Shown here: positions 1 through 9,910 of the stretch, one piece after another
Layout: each line of letters opens with the position of its first letter
Position numbering within the stretch: the first letter of the stretch is position 1
Assembly (NCBI GenBank): GCA_965207135.1
Contig: OZ242272.1
Location: 2,437,336-2,501,335 of the forward strand
DNA from: Chloroflexota bacterium
Lineage (GTDB): Bacteria > Chloroflexota > UBA11872 > VXOZ01
Direction of reading: 5' to 3'
DNA length: 64,000 nt
Translations under genes and position numbers: made by a program
Notes under the pieces: generated by a model
Databases searched by the model: none
The model's input: the letters and a program-made list of their open reading frames with translations, nothing else
Told to the model about the DNA's origin: nothing

Positions 1-1716
1 CGCACGGGCGAGCAAGTCCCGGATACTGCGTTCGGCTGCGGCGCCCACAGCGCCGCTCATCGCTACCAATTCATCCACTTGCTGATCTGCTGCCAGGGCA
101 TCAACGTGTGTGATCGTGCGGCTGTCAGCCGATTCCTTATGGATAAAATAGTGGTGATCGGCATACGCCGCCACCTGCGGCAGATGCGTCACGCAGATCA
201 CCTGGTGACTTTGGATGAGGCTCCACATCTTCTCGCCCAGCACCGCGCCGCTGCGGCCCCCCACGCCAATCTCGATCTCGTCGAAGACAAGCACCGGTGT
301 TTCATCGGCGTGGGCAAGCGCCGACTTGAGGGCAAGCAAGAGGCGAGATGCCTCGCCCCCCGATGCAATCGCGGCCAACGGCTTTGGCGGTTCGCCGGGA
401 TTGGGGCTGATGAGAAACTCAACCGTGTCGATGCCTGTTGGCCCGCACTGCAGTGATTGCGGCCCTTCTTCGGTCTCCACCAGGAGCCCATGCGGCACCA
501 CCTCCTGGGTCACGGCCACGTCGAACGACATGTGGGGCATGCCCAGCAGCGCAAGTTCTCGGTGCGCAGCAGCAACTACATCCTGCACAGCGCCCTTGCG
601 TTGCCGCGAGAGATCGGCGGCATACTCCGCGAGTTCTCCATTTAACCTCCGCTCTTGCGCCGCAAGGTCGTCCACGCGGTCCTCGCTGGAGTGAATGCCT
701 TCAAGTTCCGTTGCGGCTCTCTCCGCATACGCCGCGACCTCATCGATGCTGTCGCCGTACTTGCGCTTCAGGCTTTCAATAACGTCGAGCCGCGCCTCCA
801 CCTCAATCAGTCGATTCGGTTCTTGCTCCAAACTACCGGAATAGCGCCGCACGTCGGCGACCAGTTCCTCCAACTGCGCCGAAATCTCTTGTCCGATACG
901 GAGGGACGGCCCCGTTTCCGGATCGAGTTCAGCCAAGCGCTGGAGCGTTGCAACCGCCTCCCCCAGCAAGTCGCTTGCGGTCCGCGCGGGATCGGGAGCA
1001 TCGCTCAGTGTCTCAAGGACACTGCCGGTGAGATCGACTAACTCTGCGCTATGACGCAACCGCCGGTACTCATTGCGCAGCGCTTCTTCCTCACCGGTGT
1101 GAAGACCCGCCTCCGCGATCTCTTGAATTTGAAAAGAGAGCAAGTCCGCGCGCTGCGCGAGTTCGCGCTTGTCTTGACGCAGATGCCGCAATTCTGACTG
1201 CACATGCTGCAGTGTGCGGAAGGTTTGCCGTACTTGCTGCCGCAGGCCATCGAGTCCGGCGAAGCGATCAAGAAAGTCCAACTGCAACCGGGAGCGCAGC
1301 AGCGAAAGATTCTCGCCCTGGCCGTGAATGTCTACCATCAAGCCGGCCACCTGCTGCAATGCGCCTACGGGCACGGCGCGACCTTGGATGCGCGCAGTCG
1401 TGCGACCGGAAGCCGCAATCTCACGCCCAAGTTGCAAGCGGTTTTCCTCATCCAGGTTGGCGCCAATCTCATCCAGCGCTTCGGCGAGCGCCGGACGCAC
1501 GGCATCCAGCACAAATGTGCCGGCAACCCGCGCAGTGCGCGCGCCGCTCCTCACCTCAGCAGCTCCCACGCGGTTTCCGAGCAACGCGCCGATGGCGTCG
1601 ATGATGATAGACTTCCCGGCGCCGGTTTCGCCGGTGAGGACATTGAAGCCAGCGCCAAACTCGACCCGCACCTCGTCAATGAGGGCAAAGTCGTGGATCT
1701 CTAAGTGCTCCAGCAT
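1..1716 (-). CDS. recN: DNA repair protein RecN, C-terminally truncated by the window edge. The N-terminus reads MLEHLEIHDFALIDEVRVEFGAGFNVLTGETGAGKSIIIDAIG.
   Basis: By-eye translation of the reverse strand from the ATG at 1716 gives the RecN N-terminal Walker A block. Translation near the left edge gives ...VLVFDEIEIGVGGRSGAVLGEKMWSLIQSHQVICVTHLPQVAAYADHHYFIHK. The frame stays open to position 1, and the ORF track omits it because it has no in-window stop. Confidence 0.85.
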   Translation of the reverse strand, partial: MLEHLEIHDFALIDEVRVEFGAGFNVLTGETGAGKSIIIDAIGALLGNRVGAAEVRSGARTARVAGTFVLDAVRPALAEALDEIGANLDEENRLQLGREIAASGRTTARIQGRAVPVGALQQVAGLMVDIHGQGENLSLLRSRLQLDFLDRFAGLDGLRQQVRQTFRTLQHVQSELRHLRQDKRELAQRADLLSFQIQEIAEAGLHTGEEEALRNEYRRLRHSAELVDLTGSVLETLSDAPDPARTASDLLGEAVATLQRLAELDPETGPSLRIGQEISAQLEELVADVRRYSGSLEQEPNRLIEVEARLDVIESLKRKYGDSIDEVAAYAERAATELEGIHSSEDRVDDLAAQERRLNGELAEYAADLSRQRKGAVQDVVAAAHRELALLGMPHMSFDVAVTQEVVPHGLLVETEEGPQSLQCGPTGIDTVEFLISPNPGEPPKPLAAIASGGEASRLLLALKSALAHADETPVLVFDEIEIGVGGRSGAVLGEKMWSLIQSHQVICVTHLPQVAAYADHHYFIHKESADSRTITHVDALAADQQVDELVAMSGAVGAAAERSIRDLLARA

Positions 1717-1724
1717 CGCGAGTC

Positions 1725-2615
1725 CTAGGAGCTATCGAGGGGTATCCTGAGCTTGCGCACCAGGGTCTCATAGAAGTACGTGGGCTCTTGCACGCGGGCG
1801 AATTTGCACGACTGGGTCGCGGTGGTCAGGTGCATCATTCCCTCGTTGGCGAGATCGCCCACCGGCAGCCCGTCGATGGTAACCACTGCTTCATGCTGGT
1901 GGAAGACCTGCAGGCGCAGGCGAGCAGACTGTCGCAAGACGAACGGCGTCGTCGGTCCACGTAACACACACATCGGCGTGATGAGCATATTCCGCACCTC
2001 AGGATGCAGGATCGGCCCGCCGGCCACCATCGAGTATGCCGTAGACCCGGTAGCAGTGGAAATCATGAGACCGTCCGCAACGTAATCGGCAAGAAACGCG
2101 TCGTCGATCCATACTTTTATGTCAAGTACACGGCGTACGTGGCCCTGGCTGATCAAGGCTTCGTTGAGGGCGAGAGTCTGTTTCGTTTCACCCTCTATCA
2201 AGCAATCAAGCATGGAGCGCTCTTCTATCCAGTATTCCCCGTTCAGGAAGCGCGGTAATGACTGGATTGCTTCCGCCGGCAGCAACTCCGAGAGAAAGCC
2301 TAGACGTCCAAACTTTACGCCTACGATGGGAACGTCACTCTCCGCACACAGTGGCGCCGCCCGCAGGATGCTGCCATCGCCGCCCAGAGTAAAGAGCAGG
2401 TCGGTTTCCGGGATTCTTTCTTGCCAGTCTGATTCCGCTTCCACCGGCACGTGCCACGCGGCATGCCCATCTTTCTCAACCAGGGAATGCAGAACCGTCG
2501 CCAGCGACTGCGCTTGCTCGCGACCGGGATGGTAGAGCAATCCAATATTCACGGCTGCGTGCCTATCTCTCACTTTTCGCAGATCAGGTATCTGCCACAC
2601 ACGATCATTGCGCAT
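1725..2615 (-). CDS. nadK: NAD(+) kinase
   Basis: The 296-aa ORF contains the GGDGSIL and NE..I signatures typical of NAD kinases. It sits 8 nt upstream of recN in the conserved nadK-recN arrangement. Confidence 0.85.
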   Translation of the reverse strand: MRNDRVWQIPDLRKVRDRHAAVNIGLLYHPGREQAQSLATVLHSLVEKDGHAAWHVPVEAESDWQERIPETDLLFTLGGDGSILRAAPLCAESDVPIVGVKFGRLGFLSELLPAEAIQSLPRFLNGEYWIEERSMLDCLIEGETKQTLALNEALISQGHVRRVLDIKVWIDDAFLADYVADGLMISTATGSTAYSMVAGGPILHPEVRNMLITPMCVLRGPTTPFVLRQSARLRLQVFHQHEAVVTIDGLPVGDLANEGMMHLTTATQSCKFARVQEPTYFYETLVRKLRIPLDSS

Positions 2616-2956
2616 TCACACGCGCAAACTGCGAACCCGAAATGTAATGAACTGCTGTGCCTGCAATGATTTCAGCACACGTCTCTCACTCTAAGGCTGG
2701 GCGCGGTTCGATTATACCGTAGTGAGCGGCGGCTAGAGTACATTACGCTCACTGCGTGGCGCCCAGCCAACCCATTACTGCCTGTCACACGCGCCGCACA
2801 ACACGTAGCGGGCAGTCTTTTTCTTCCGGCGGCACTCTCGTCCCACACGAGTTGTGGCAGCCGGTGTCCGCCCGCCATAGCATGCGAACGATGCGAGTCG
2901 GGACAAGTGCAAACGAGTAGCCCCGGTCCCGCTTTCGACACCGCAGCGGATAGCGG

Positions 2957-4111
2957 TTAAACCGACTCATGTTGCTGCGCGCCGTACTGCAAACCGTGTG
3001 TGAGTTGGCGATACATGAGCACAGTCTTTGCCGCAATTCGGCTCTGCGTATACTCTCGGAGCACCCGCATTCGTCCCTGTGCGCCAAGTTCGTGGTGCAG
3101 CGCCGGCTCTTGGTAGAGTTGCTCCAGGATCTCTGCGAGCACCTCAGCCTCCCCTTCAGGAAACGTCATGCCACCGCGGTCGGCGTCACTGTCGCCGACA
3201 ATCTCAGGGATTTCGCCCGATTCCGAGCCTACCACGGGCACCCCACACGCCATCGCCTCGATGAGCACCCGCCCAAACTGCTCTTTCCAGTTCGGTGTCG
3301 TGAGAGAAGGCAGCACACAGACATGCATGGCGCGATAGTGCGCCGGCATCGCGCTGCTGGGAACGTGGCCGAGAAACTCAACGCGATCCTGGATGTGCAG
3401 TGACTCTACGAGTGCTCGGAGCGACGATTCCGCTGGGCCTGTCCCAAAGAGTTGGATACGGTATGGGAAGGAGAGCCGGGAGGCGGCATTGAGCAGCACG
3501 TGAACGCCTTTTTCGCGAACTAATCGACCCACGTACCCAATCGTATAAACGTCATCGCGTTCGTGCGGATCGGTTCTCGGAGCAAAGAGGTCCGGGTCTA
3601 CGCCGAATTGTGGAAAGACCGCTGACGGATATGAATAGCGCTTCCGGCGAAGAACCTCCTGCGCTTGGCGGGAGCCGGCTTGCGCTGCATTTGCCTTGAG
3701 CAAGCTGTAAAGTTCGAAAAAGTAGAAGGGCAGCGGATAGATTCTGTAGATATTCTGCCACGCAAAGAAAATCGTCTTGGCGCCAACGCGCCGCGCGTGC
3801 CATATGGCGTGGGCCGTCGCAAAGTTGTACGGCTCTTCGTCAACGTGGACCACATCGGGCTGCCACTCTAGCAGATGACGCCGGAGGTTGGGGTAGTAGT
3901 GAATGTGATAGTGGCCATTGAAGCGCATGTGCTCCGGCACGAGTTCGTACCCGTTCGTAAAGCGGGCATCCAACATCTGGCGATGGTCGCCCTCTTGCCA
4001 GTAGCGAGGCACGATAGCGCGGAGGTCAACATCCGAAAACCTGGCGATTTCTTCCATCTTGCGCTGATAGGTGCCAACCACCAGCGCCTTGGAGATGTAG
4101 AGCACCCTCAT
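2957..4111 (-). CDS. Glycosyltransferase family 1 (GT4-like)
   Basis: It carries the C-terminal EAMACGVPVV motif. The start was trimmed from the track ORF (4252) to the ATG at 4111 (MRVLYISKALVV...). That ATG overlaps the upstream gene's stop in an ATGA arrangement. Confidence 0.8.
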   Translation of the reverse strand: MRVLYISKALVVGTYQRKMEEIARFSDVDLRAIVPRYWQEGDHRQMLDARFTNGYELVPEHMRFNGHYHIHYYPNLRRHLLEWQPDVVHVDEEPYNFATAHAIWHARRVGAKTIFFAWQNIYRIYPLPFYFFELYSLLKANAAQAGSRQAQEVLRRKRYSYPSAVFPQFGVDPDLFAPRTDPHERDDVYTIGYVGRLVREKGVHVLLNAASRLSFPYRIQLFGTGPAESSLRALVESLHIQDRVEFLGHVPSSAMPAHYRAMHVCVLPSLTTPNWKEQFGRVLIEAMACGVPVVGSESGEIPEIVGDSDADRGGMTFPEGEAEVLAEILEQLYQEPALHHELGAQGRMRVLREYTQSRIAAKTVLMYRQLTHGLQYGAQQHESV

Positions 4112-5238
4112 CAGTTGACCTGTTTGTAGACCGCTACGGTCTGTGCGGCCGTTCGCTCCCACGAGAAAGTACGTGCTCTTGCCAGCGCTCGTTCGGCGTA
4201 GTGCGCCCGTTCCTGCTCGGATTCCCATAGTCGCTCGATCGCTGCCGTCCACGCGTCGGCGTCGTCAGGCGGAACCAAGATCCCGCCCTCTCCCACTACT
4301 TCAGGCAGAGAAGCCGCGTTGCTGCTTACTACCGGCGTGCCGCACGCCATAGCTTCCAAAGGGTCAAGGCCGAAGCCCTCATAGCGGGATGGAAAAACGA
4401 AAACCGTCGCGGCCCTGTACAGGAGCGGCTTATCTGCCTCCGGCACACCGCCCAAAAAGCGCACACGGGGCCCAATCTCCGTTGACGTGGCTGCGTGCAC
4501 CCAATCGGGAAAGAGAACTGCCTTCCCATGCCGGGTGCGGCCGGCGACGACAAGAGTAACGTCATTGGGCAGTTTCCTCAGCGCGTCGAACAGCACGCCA
4601 ATGTTCTTGCGCACATCCAATCCACCCAGATAGAAGAGAAAGCGCTCCGGCAGATCGTAGCGGCGCCGTACTGCCATCACATCCTCAACGGGCGCAATGG
4701 TGGAAAAGCGGGAGTCGGCCGCGAGGTGCACAACATGCACGTCATCGTCGGCCAGGCCGAGGCGCTCTGTGACGTCGCGCTTAGACGCCTCTGAATCCGT
4801 GATAATGGCATCTGCCTTGTGCGCTGCCGCCATGACGAGGCTGGTATAGAGCCGTACGAGGAAATTGCCGCGATATTCGGGCAGCACCACTGGAATCAGG
4901 TCGTGGATCGTGGCGACCAGCGGAAAGCTGTGGTAGTGCGGCGGCGCAAAGTACGGTACGTGGCCCACCACGCTTTCTCCCACCTTGGCGGCAAGGCGCG
5001 GCCACGTGAACTGCTCCCACCAGAGTTTGGCTAGGTTGCCGCTGCCAAGTGCCCCACGCAATGGCGACCGCGCCTGGATGCCGCCAACCGGGCGCATAGT
5101 ATCGCGTGAGAAGTAAGGGGTCTGCACCCCAAGCCGCACGTCGTCGCGCTTCTGGAGAGCTCGCAACAAGTGATACGAGTATTGTGCGCTGCCGGTGTGG
5201 TGCACATTGAGGAAATACCCATTGATGGCAATTTCCAT
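4111..5238 (-). CDS. Glycosyltransferase family 1 (GT4-like)
   Basis: The 375-aa ORF has the EAMACGTPVVSSNAASLPEVVG GT-B C-terminal domain motif. Confidence 0.8.
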   Translation of the reverse strand: MEIAINGYFLNVHHTGSAQYSYHLLRALQKRDDVRLGVQTPYFSRDTMRPVGGIQARSPLRGALGSGNLAKLWWEQFTWPRLAAKVGESVVGHVPYFAPPHYHSFPLVATIHDLIPVVLPEYRGNFLVRLYTSLVMAAAHKADAIITDSEASKRDVTERLGLADDDVHVVHLAADSRFSTIAPVEDVMAVRRRYDLPERFLFYLGGLDVRKNIGVLFDALRKLPNDVTLVVAGRTRHGKAVLFPDWVHAATSTEIGPRVRFLGGVPEADKPLLYRAATVFVFPSRYEGFGLDPLEAMACGTPVVSSNAASLPEVVGEGGILVPPDDADAWTAAIERLWESEQERAHYAERALARARTFSWERTAAQTVAVYKQVN

Positions 5239-5249
5239 GGCAGTGCGGG

Positions 5250-6983
5250 CTATTTCGGCAGTGCCTGTAACGCCAGGTATGCAGGCCGCGGCCGCAAGTG
5301 TTCGTCGAGAATCGCGAACGAGTACGAGCTGTCGGTCGGTTCAATGTGATTGGCAAAGTTTAAGTTAAAGACCACCAATCCGGTGACATACGGGAATCTC
5401 TGCTTCACGAGTTGATAGGACCCGACAAGATACCGCCCCTGGTCTTCGTCGGAAATCTCAGACCCGTAGGGGAACTCGGGGTGAAGATTGTGGGTCGTCC
5501 ATCCCATCTCGGTCAGCCAGATGGTTTTGCCGGTGTCACCATACTTCTGCAGTACGTCCCAGTGATTCTCAAAACGGCGGAAGTAGAACGACCAGTGGTG
5601 CTTGTAGGTGGTGCCTGATGTCGTATAGTTATCCGGCGTGTCGCCGGGCGCGTTATTGAAGCCATAGGAGTGAAGTCCGAGCACGTCGTAGTAATTGCGA
5701 ATCACCCCATCTTTGTATTGGTACATAGCCTCCAGGTAGGCCACGTCGTCCATGGCAACCCCTTCGAGATTTACTCCTGTGGGCGACAAGCCGCCGCTGA
5801 CGACGATCGCGTTCGGGTTGCCGCGCTTCACTCCCCGATAGCCCGCGGCCATAAGCTCAACGAATTCCCAAGGCGCGACCGTGCCATCCCAGTTCCCGGC
5901 CAGATTTGGCTCATTCCATAGCTCGTAAGACTGCACCCGATCGCCGTACCGCGACGCGATAATAGATAGGAAATTCTCAAAGTCGCCGAAATTCGCTGGC
6001 GGACCGTTATGGAACGATGCAAACTGCGCCCACCACTCCTCGGCAGAAACAGTATTGGTGCCCTGTGGCACACCGCTTTGGCTCCCTGTGGGCCGCACGC
6101 GGCGCATCCAATACGGCGACGCATATATCCCCAGCATCACTTCCAAGCCGTGCCGGTTTGCCGCCTCCACAATGCGGTCTACCTGGTCCCACATATATCC
6201 GCCGGGATGGAGTTCTACGGCCTTCCACTCTACCTGTTGTTTAATGCCGGTAAAGCCCGCGGCTTTTGCCAAGGCGAGGACATGCTCGATGTTTGGATCA
6301 TAAAATAGCGAAACTTGCGCGATGAGCTTTAGCTGTGAAGGACGCGACGGCTGGTCCACGAGTTGCTGCGCCGTGCCGCGCAAGGAGAGAAACCGCCGCC
6401 CCAATGGCGCAAGCTGCACTTCGCCGGGAGTGCCGGCCTTCGTTGGATCGTACCGGAATACGGCCCGCTCGAAGTACTGCACGGCATGCTGCCATTCGTC
6501 ATCGGCCGGTAGTTCCCCGGAAATCGGCAGACCAAATACCGATACTCCGCCATGTTCCTGGAAGAAACGGAGAAAGGCAAAGCGCACGGAATGGCCCGTC
6601 TCCGGGAAGAACCGCTGGGCAGAGGTCTCCTCTACCGGAGCTTCCTTCACAAAGAAGCGCCAGTGGGGATAGAGTAGCCGGCCCAGGGGACTTAGGCGGA
6701 CCTGACCGCGCTGCGGCCACCACTCCAGACGCGCATTTTCGAAGTACTGGACAACGTGACCGTCTTCTTGTTGTTCGTTCGTCAGCGGCTCGCCTAGAAC
6801 GCTTTCGCCCCCCATTTGCTCAAAATACTGGAGCATGGCGCCGTGAACGACGGTATTCGTGCTTGCAAATTGCCTGGGTTCGGTGTTCGCAAAGACCGGA
6901 GTAGGCAAGAGCATGACGCACAAGAGAACAAGTATGAAACGAACACACCAATTTCGGGGGCCCTTGCCATTCATGATGCTCAA
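5250..6983 (-). CDS. Secreted clan GH-A (GH5-like) glycoside hydrolase with N-terminal LGFP-type repeats
   Basis: A signal peptide (MSIMNGKGPRNWCVRFILVLLCVMLLPTPVFA) is followed by about three repeats of the form G.P....VQYFE.A.L.W. The catalytic domain has YELWNEPN (acid/base NEP) and IWLTEMGW (nucleophile TE). Confidence 0.7.
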   Translation of the reverse strand: MSIMNGKGPRNWCVRFILVLLCVMLLPTPVFANTEPRQFASTNTVVHGAMLQYFEQMGGESVLGEPLTNEQQEDGHVVQYFENARLEWWPQRGQVRLSPLGRLLYPHWRFFVKEAPVEETSAQRFFPETGHSVRFAFLRFFQEHGGVSVFGLPISGELPADDEWQHAVQYFERAVFRYDPTKAGTPGEVQLAPLGRRFLSLRGTAQQLVDQPSRPSQLKLIAQVSLFYDPNIEHVLALAKAAGFTGIKQQVEWKAVELHPGGYMWDQVDRIVEAANRHGLEVMLGIYASPYWMRRVRPTGSQSGVPQGTNTVSAEEWWAQFASFHNGPPANFGDFENFLSIIASRYGDRVQSYELWNEPNLAGNWDGTVAPWEFVELMAAGYRGVKRGNPNAIVVSGGLSPTGVNLEGVAMDDVAYLEAMYQYKDGVIRNYYDVLGLHSYGFNNAPGDTPDNYTTSGTTYKHHWSFYFRRFENHWDVLQKYGDTGKTIWLTEMGWTTHNLHPEFPYGSEISDEDQGRYLVGSYQLVKQRFPYVTGLVVFNLNFANHIEPTDSSYSFAILDEHLRPRPAYLALQALPK

Positions 6984-7225
6984 TCTACCTCCTGTACACC
7001 GAATCTTGAACCCGCTGGACTATCTTGCTTACAAAGGCTCTTTGGCAACCGCTCTTGCTCAGCAACGTCCGCCGTCGCAATCCTAAACACGGCAAGGACA
7101 CAAAGCGGATGCTTTGCCACATTATAGCAGATTCAAGCCGTCGCTCAACGCAGGTGATGCACTCTTTTTCCCATCAGTTTTCCAAGATAATTGGCGCTTG
7201 AAGCCGGCTAACGACACTACACTCA

Positions 7226-8365
7226 TCATCTGTTTCCTCTCTCAGCGGCACGCGCCAAGTGCCCGCGCAGCTCGGCTGCCGCTCGCTCCCAGGTGAAGCC
7301 GGCAGCGCGCTTCATTCCCGCTGCGCCGAGCCGGTCGCGCACGCTATCCTCTGTGGCGAGTTCCACGAGCGCTTTGCCAATAGCTTCTGTATCGGCAGGA
7401 TCCACCAAAATTGCGGCTGCACCCGCAACTTCGGGCAGCGAGGAGGTGTTGCTCGTGACAACCGGTGTCCCACATGCCATGGCTTCGAGAACCGGCAATC
7501 CAAAGCCCTCGTAGAGGCTGGGAAAGACGAACGCGGTCGCCCCTGTATACAAGGCTGCGAGTTCATCGTCGGAATCGACTGTGGTGAGGAAGTGCACGCG
7601 ATCTGCGACATCATACTCCTGCGGAGCATTGAGAATGTCCTCATTGAGCCAGCCTGGGCGCCCTACGTGCACGAGGTGGTGGGGCAACCCGGCCCGTATC
7701 ACAGTGCGCAAAGCCGCAATAATTCGCTTGATGTTCTTCCGCGGTTGTATCGTGCCTACCGAAAGAAAATAGGGGTACGCGATGTCATGTCGCCGGAGCA
7801 CTGCACACCGCGCATCTTGATCGTCGCGGGGGCGAAATGCAGCATCAACGCCACAGTGGAGCACGCTAATGCGCGCCGCCTCCGCATTGTATTCGGCTAC
7901 CAAGTCCCGCTGTGTGGCTTCGGAATCTGCGAGAATCAACTGAGCGCGCGCGATGCTGCGGGGCACCACCGCGTCCAAGTATGCTCGCAGGGAAGTAGGG
8001 TACGAATCGGGAAAGTGTCGATACGAAAGATCGTGAACAGTCATTACCCCGGGCGCACGCCATAGTGGCGGCAAGACGAAGTCCGGGGCATAGAAGACAT
8101 CAACCCCGCCGGCGAGCAGGTCGGCGTAGAGAGGCAGCCGCAAGCGATGCCAGATGCGGGTCAACGTGCGCTCCGAGAGCGGCACGATGCGATACTCGGA
8201 ATTAAGGGTGTAGAGGCGTCGCCACAGGCCTGCGGCAGGTCGCGGCGTTAAGAGTGTGAATTGGTCGGCAGGGCACTGAGCAATTAACGCACTAACCAGC
8301 GACCACGTATACCTGCCAATGCCGGCCGTTTGCGTTGCTGCCGTAAAGTCGATGCCAATTCTCAT
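7226..8365 (-). CDS. Glycosyltransferase family 1 (GT4-like)
   Basis: The 379-aa ORF has an EAMACGTPVVTSNTSSLPEVAG motif. Confidence 0.8.
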   Translation of the reverse strand: MRIGIDFTAATQTAGIGRYTWSLVSALIAQCPADQFTLLTPRPAAGLWRRLYTLNSEYRIVPLSERTLTRIWHRLRLPLYADLLAGGVDVFYAPDFVLPPLWRAPGVMTVHDLSYRHFPDSYPTSLRAYLDAVVPRSIARAQLILADSEATQRDLVAEYNAEAARISVLHCGVDAAFRPRDDQDARCAVLRRHDIAYPYFLSVGTIQPRKNIKRIIAALRTVIRAGLPHHLVHVGRPGWLNEDILNAPQEYDVADRVHFLTTVDSDDELAALYTGATAFVFPSLYEGFGLPVLEAMACGTPVVTSNTSSLPEVAGAAAILVDPADTEAIGKALVELATEDSVRDRLGAAGMKRAAGFTWERAAAELRGHLARAAERGNR

Positions 8366-8529
8366 GGTGATTAAACACTACGCAACGATCTGCCGCTCAC
8401 GTGCCACTTTCAGCTACTTAAATCCGCCAATTCCGCGCGAGGCTCGTACGTTCGCTCGTACATTCATGGTACGTACCTGCTATCAAGGCCATGCAGCAAT
8501 CTCTTGAAGACGTCGCCACCGTGGGGTCT

Positions 8530-9420
8530 CTATAGGCGCAGGCGGGCATGCGTAAAGTAGTAGACTGCTCCGGGAATGAGCACCAGCCAGTAGCTGATGA
8601 GACGGTCGACGATGGCCACCGCCGCCGCCATGTCCACCGGCACGTCTAGCAGCAGCATTACCCCCACCATGCCGCCTTCAACGGCGCCGAGGCCCCCCGG
8701 CGTAGGCGCGGCAAGCAGGAGCGCTCCGGCGGCAAAGACGAAGAGCAATTGCGGCATTGTGAGTGGGACTCCCATCGCATTGGCCACCAGGAAGAAACGT
8801 CCGGCTTCGGCGGCCCACGCGAGCGCAGTAAGCAAGATTATAAGCCAGAGGGGTTGCACCGACATGAAGATGCCGCGTTGGAAACTCTCAAACCGTTCAC
8901 CCAACCTATGCGGCAACCAAGACAGCAGGCTGCTGTCCAATCGCCAAAAGAGAAACAGTCCACCGGCTATGAGCACCACTAGGATACCTGCGCTGAGCAG
9001 AATGCTCCGCATTTCGGTCAGTAGCTCCCCTCTTACAAAGAAGAATGCTGCGGTGATCGCAACGATGAGGAGGGCGAACATGTCGATCACACGCTCTGCG
9101 AGCACGCTCCCTGTGGTCATAGAGAAAGAGATCTGTTCTCTGCGGCGCAGAATCAGGCCGCGATAGAGGTCGCCCATCTTGGCAGGAATCAAGTGGTTGA
9201 CGAACCAGGAGAGAAAAATAACCTCACCAAGCAGGCGCAAGGGCAGTACATGCCCAAGATTGCGCAGCATTCTGCGCCAGCGCACGGCCCGCGGCAGCAG
9301 GGTCGTGTAGTAGACGAGCAACGCGAGCAGGAAGAGTGACAAGTTGATCTGGCGTATTTCAGTCCAGATCCCCCGCCAATCCAGACCGACCAATCGCCAC
9401 ACCGCGACCAAGAGGGCCAC
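8530..9420 (-). CDS. Flippase-like / lysylphosphatidylglycerol-synthase-TM-region family membrane protein
   Basis: The 296-aa polytopic membrane protein begins MALLVAVWRLVGLDWRGIWTEIRQ..., typical of the UPF0104/LPG_synthase_TM family. It sits at the head of the GT cluster. Confidence 0.6.
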   Translation of the reverse strand: MALLVAVWRLVGLDWRGIWTEIRQINLSLFLLALLVYYTTLLPRAVRWRRMLRNLGHVLPLRLLGEVIFLSWFVNHLIPAKMGDLYRGLILRRREQISFSMTTGSVLAERVIDMFALLIVAITAAFFFVRGELLTEMRSILLSAGILVVLIAGGLFLFWRLDSSLLSWLPHRLGERFESFQRGIFMSVQPLWLIILLTALAWAAEAGRFFLVANAMGVPLTMPQLLFVFAAGALLLAAPTPGGLGAVEGGMVGVMLLLDVPVDMAAAVAIVDRLISYWLVLIPGAVYYFTHARLRL

Positions 9421-9910
9421 CGCGACGAGGAAAGAAAAAATTGTCTGCGGACTTATGAGTCGTTGCCGAAATGACTGAGGAGCACCGCCGCCTTCTTCCT
9501 TAGATTCAGGTGGGGTGGAAACTGGGGGATCGATGGCTTGTTCTCTCGTAAGGTTGCAGCGTTACTCCTACCCATCATACCGAAAGCCCCCGCGCTACTG
9601 CTAACCTCGCGGTTTTCATTCAAGGTGGTCCATGCCTCTCTCGTGCTGCGCCAAGACCGGCAACATACCAACAGAAGAGAATCCAAGACTCCACGCAGAG
9701 CTCAGAAAGACGCGTCTACGGGCACCGGCCAGAGGGGATCGACGGTACGTCAATGCCAATCCAAGTTGGATTCACGCGATTGGCCGTATCCTCACCTCGC
9801 TTAACTTGATTAAGGAGGGTCGCACTGGATTTGACCGGCGCAATTACCCTCGGTAGCTTGGACTTGGAGAGTCCCTTTTTGGGCCGCCTGATGGTGGTGG
9901 AGGATGACGC

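Noticed and set aside
2957-4252. 431-aa track ORF for the first glycosyltransferase
   Set aside because: The extended N-terminus overlaps the upstream GT gene. The ATG at 4111 (MRVLYIS...) overlapping the upstream stop is the consistent start.
9453-9686. 77-aa minus-strand ORF just upstream of the flippase-like gene
   Set aside because: There is no RBS, and it has mixed codon bias and no domain. It was left as an unannotated intergenic/promoter region.
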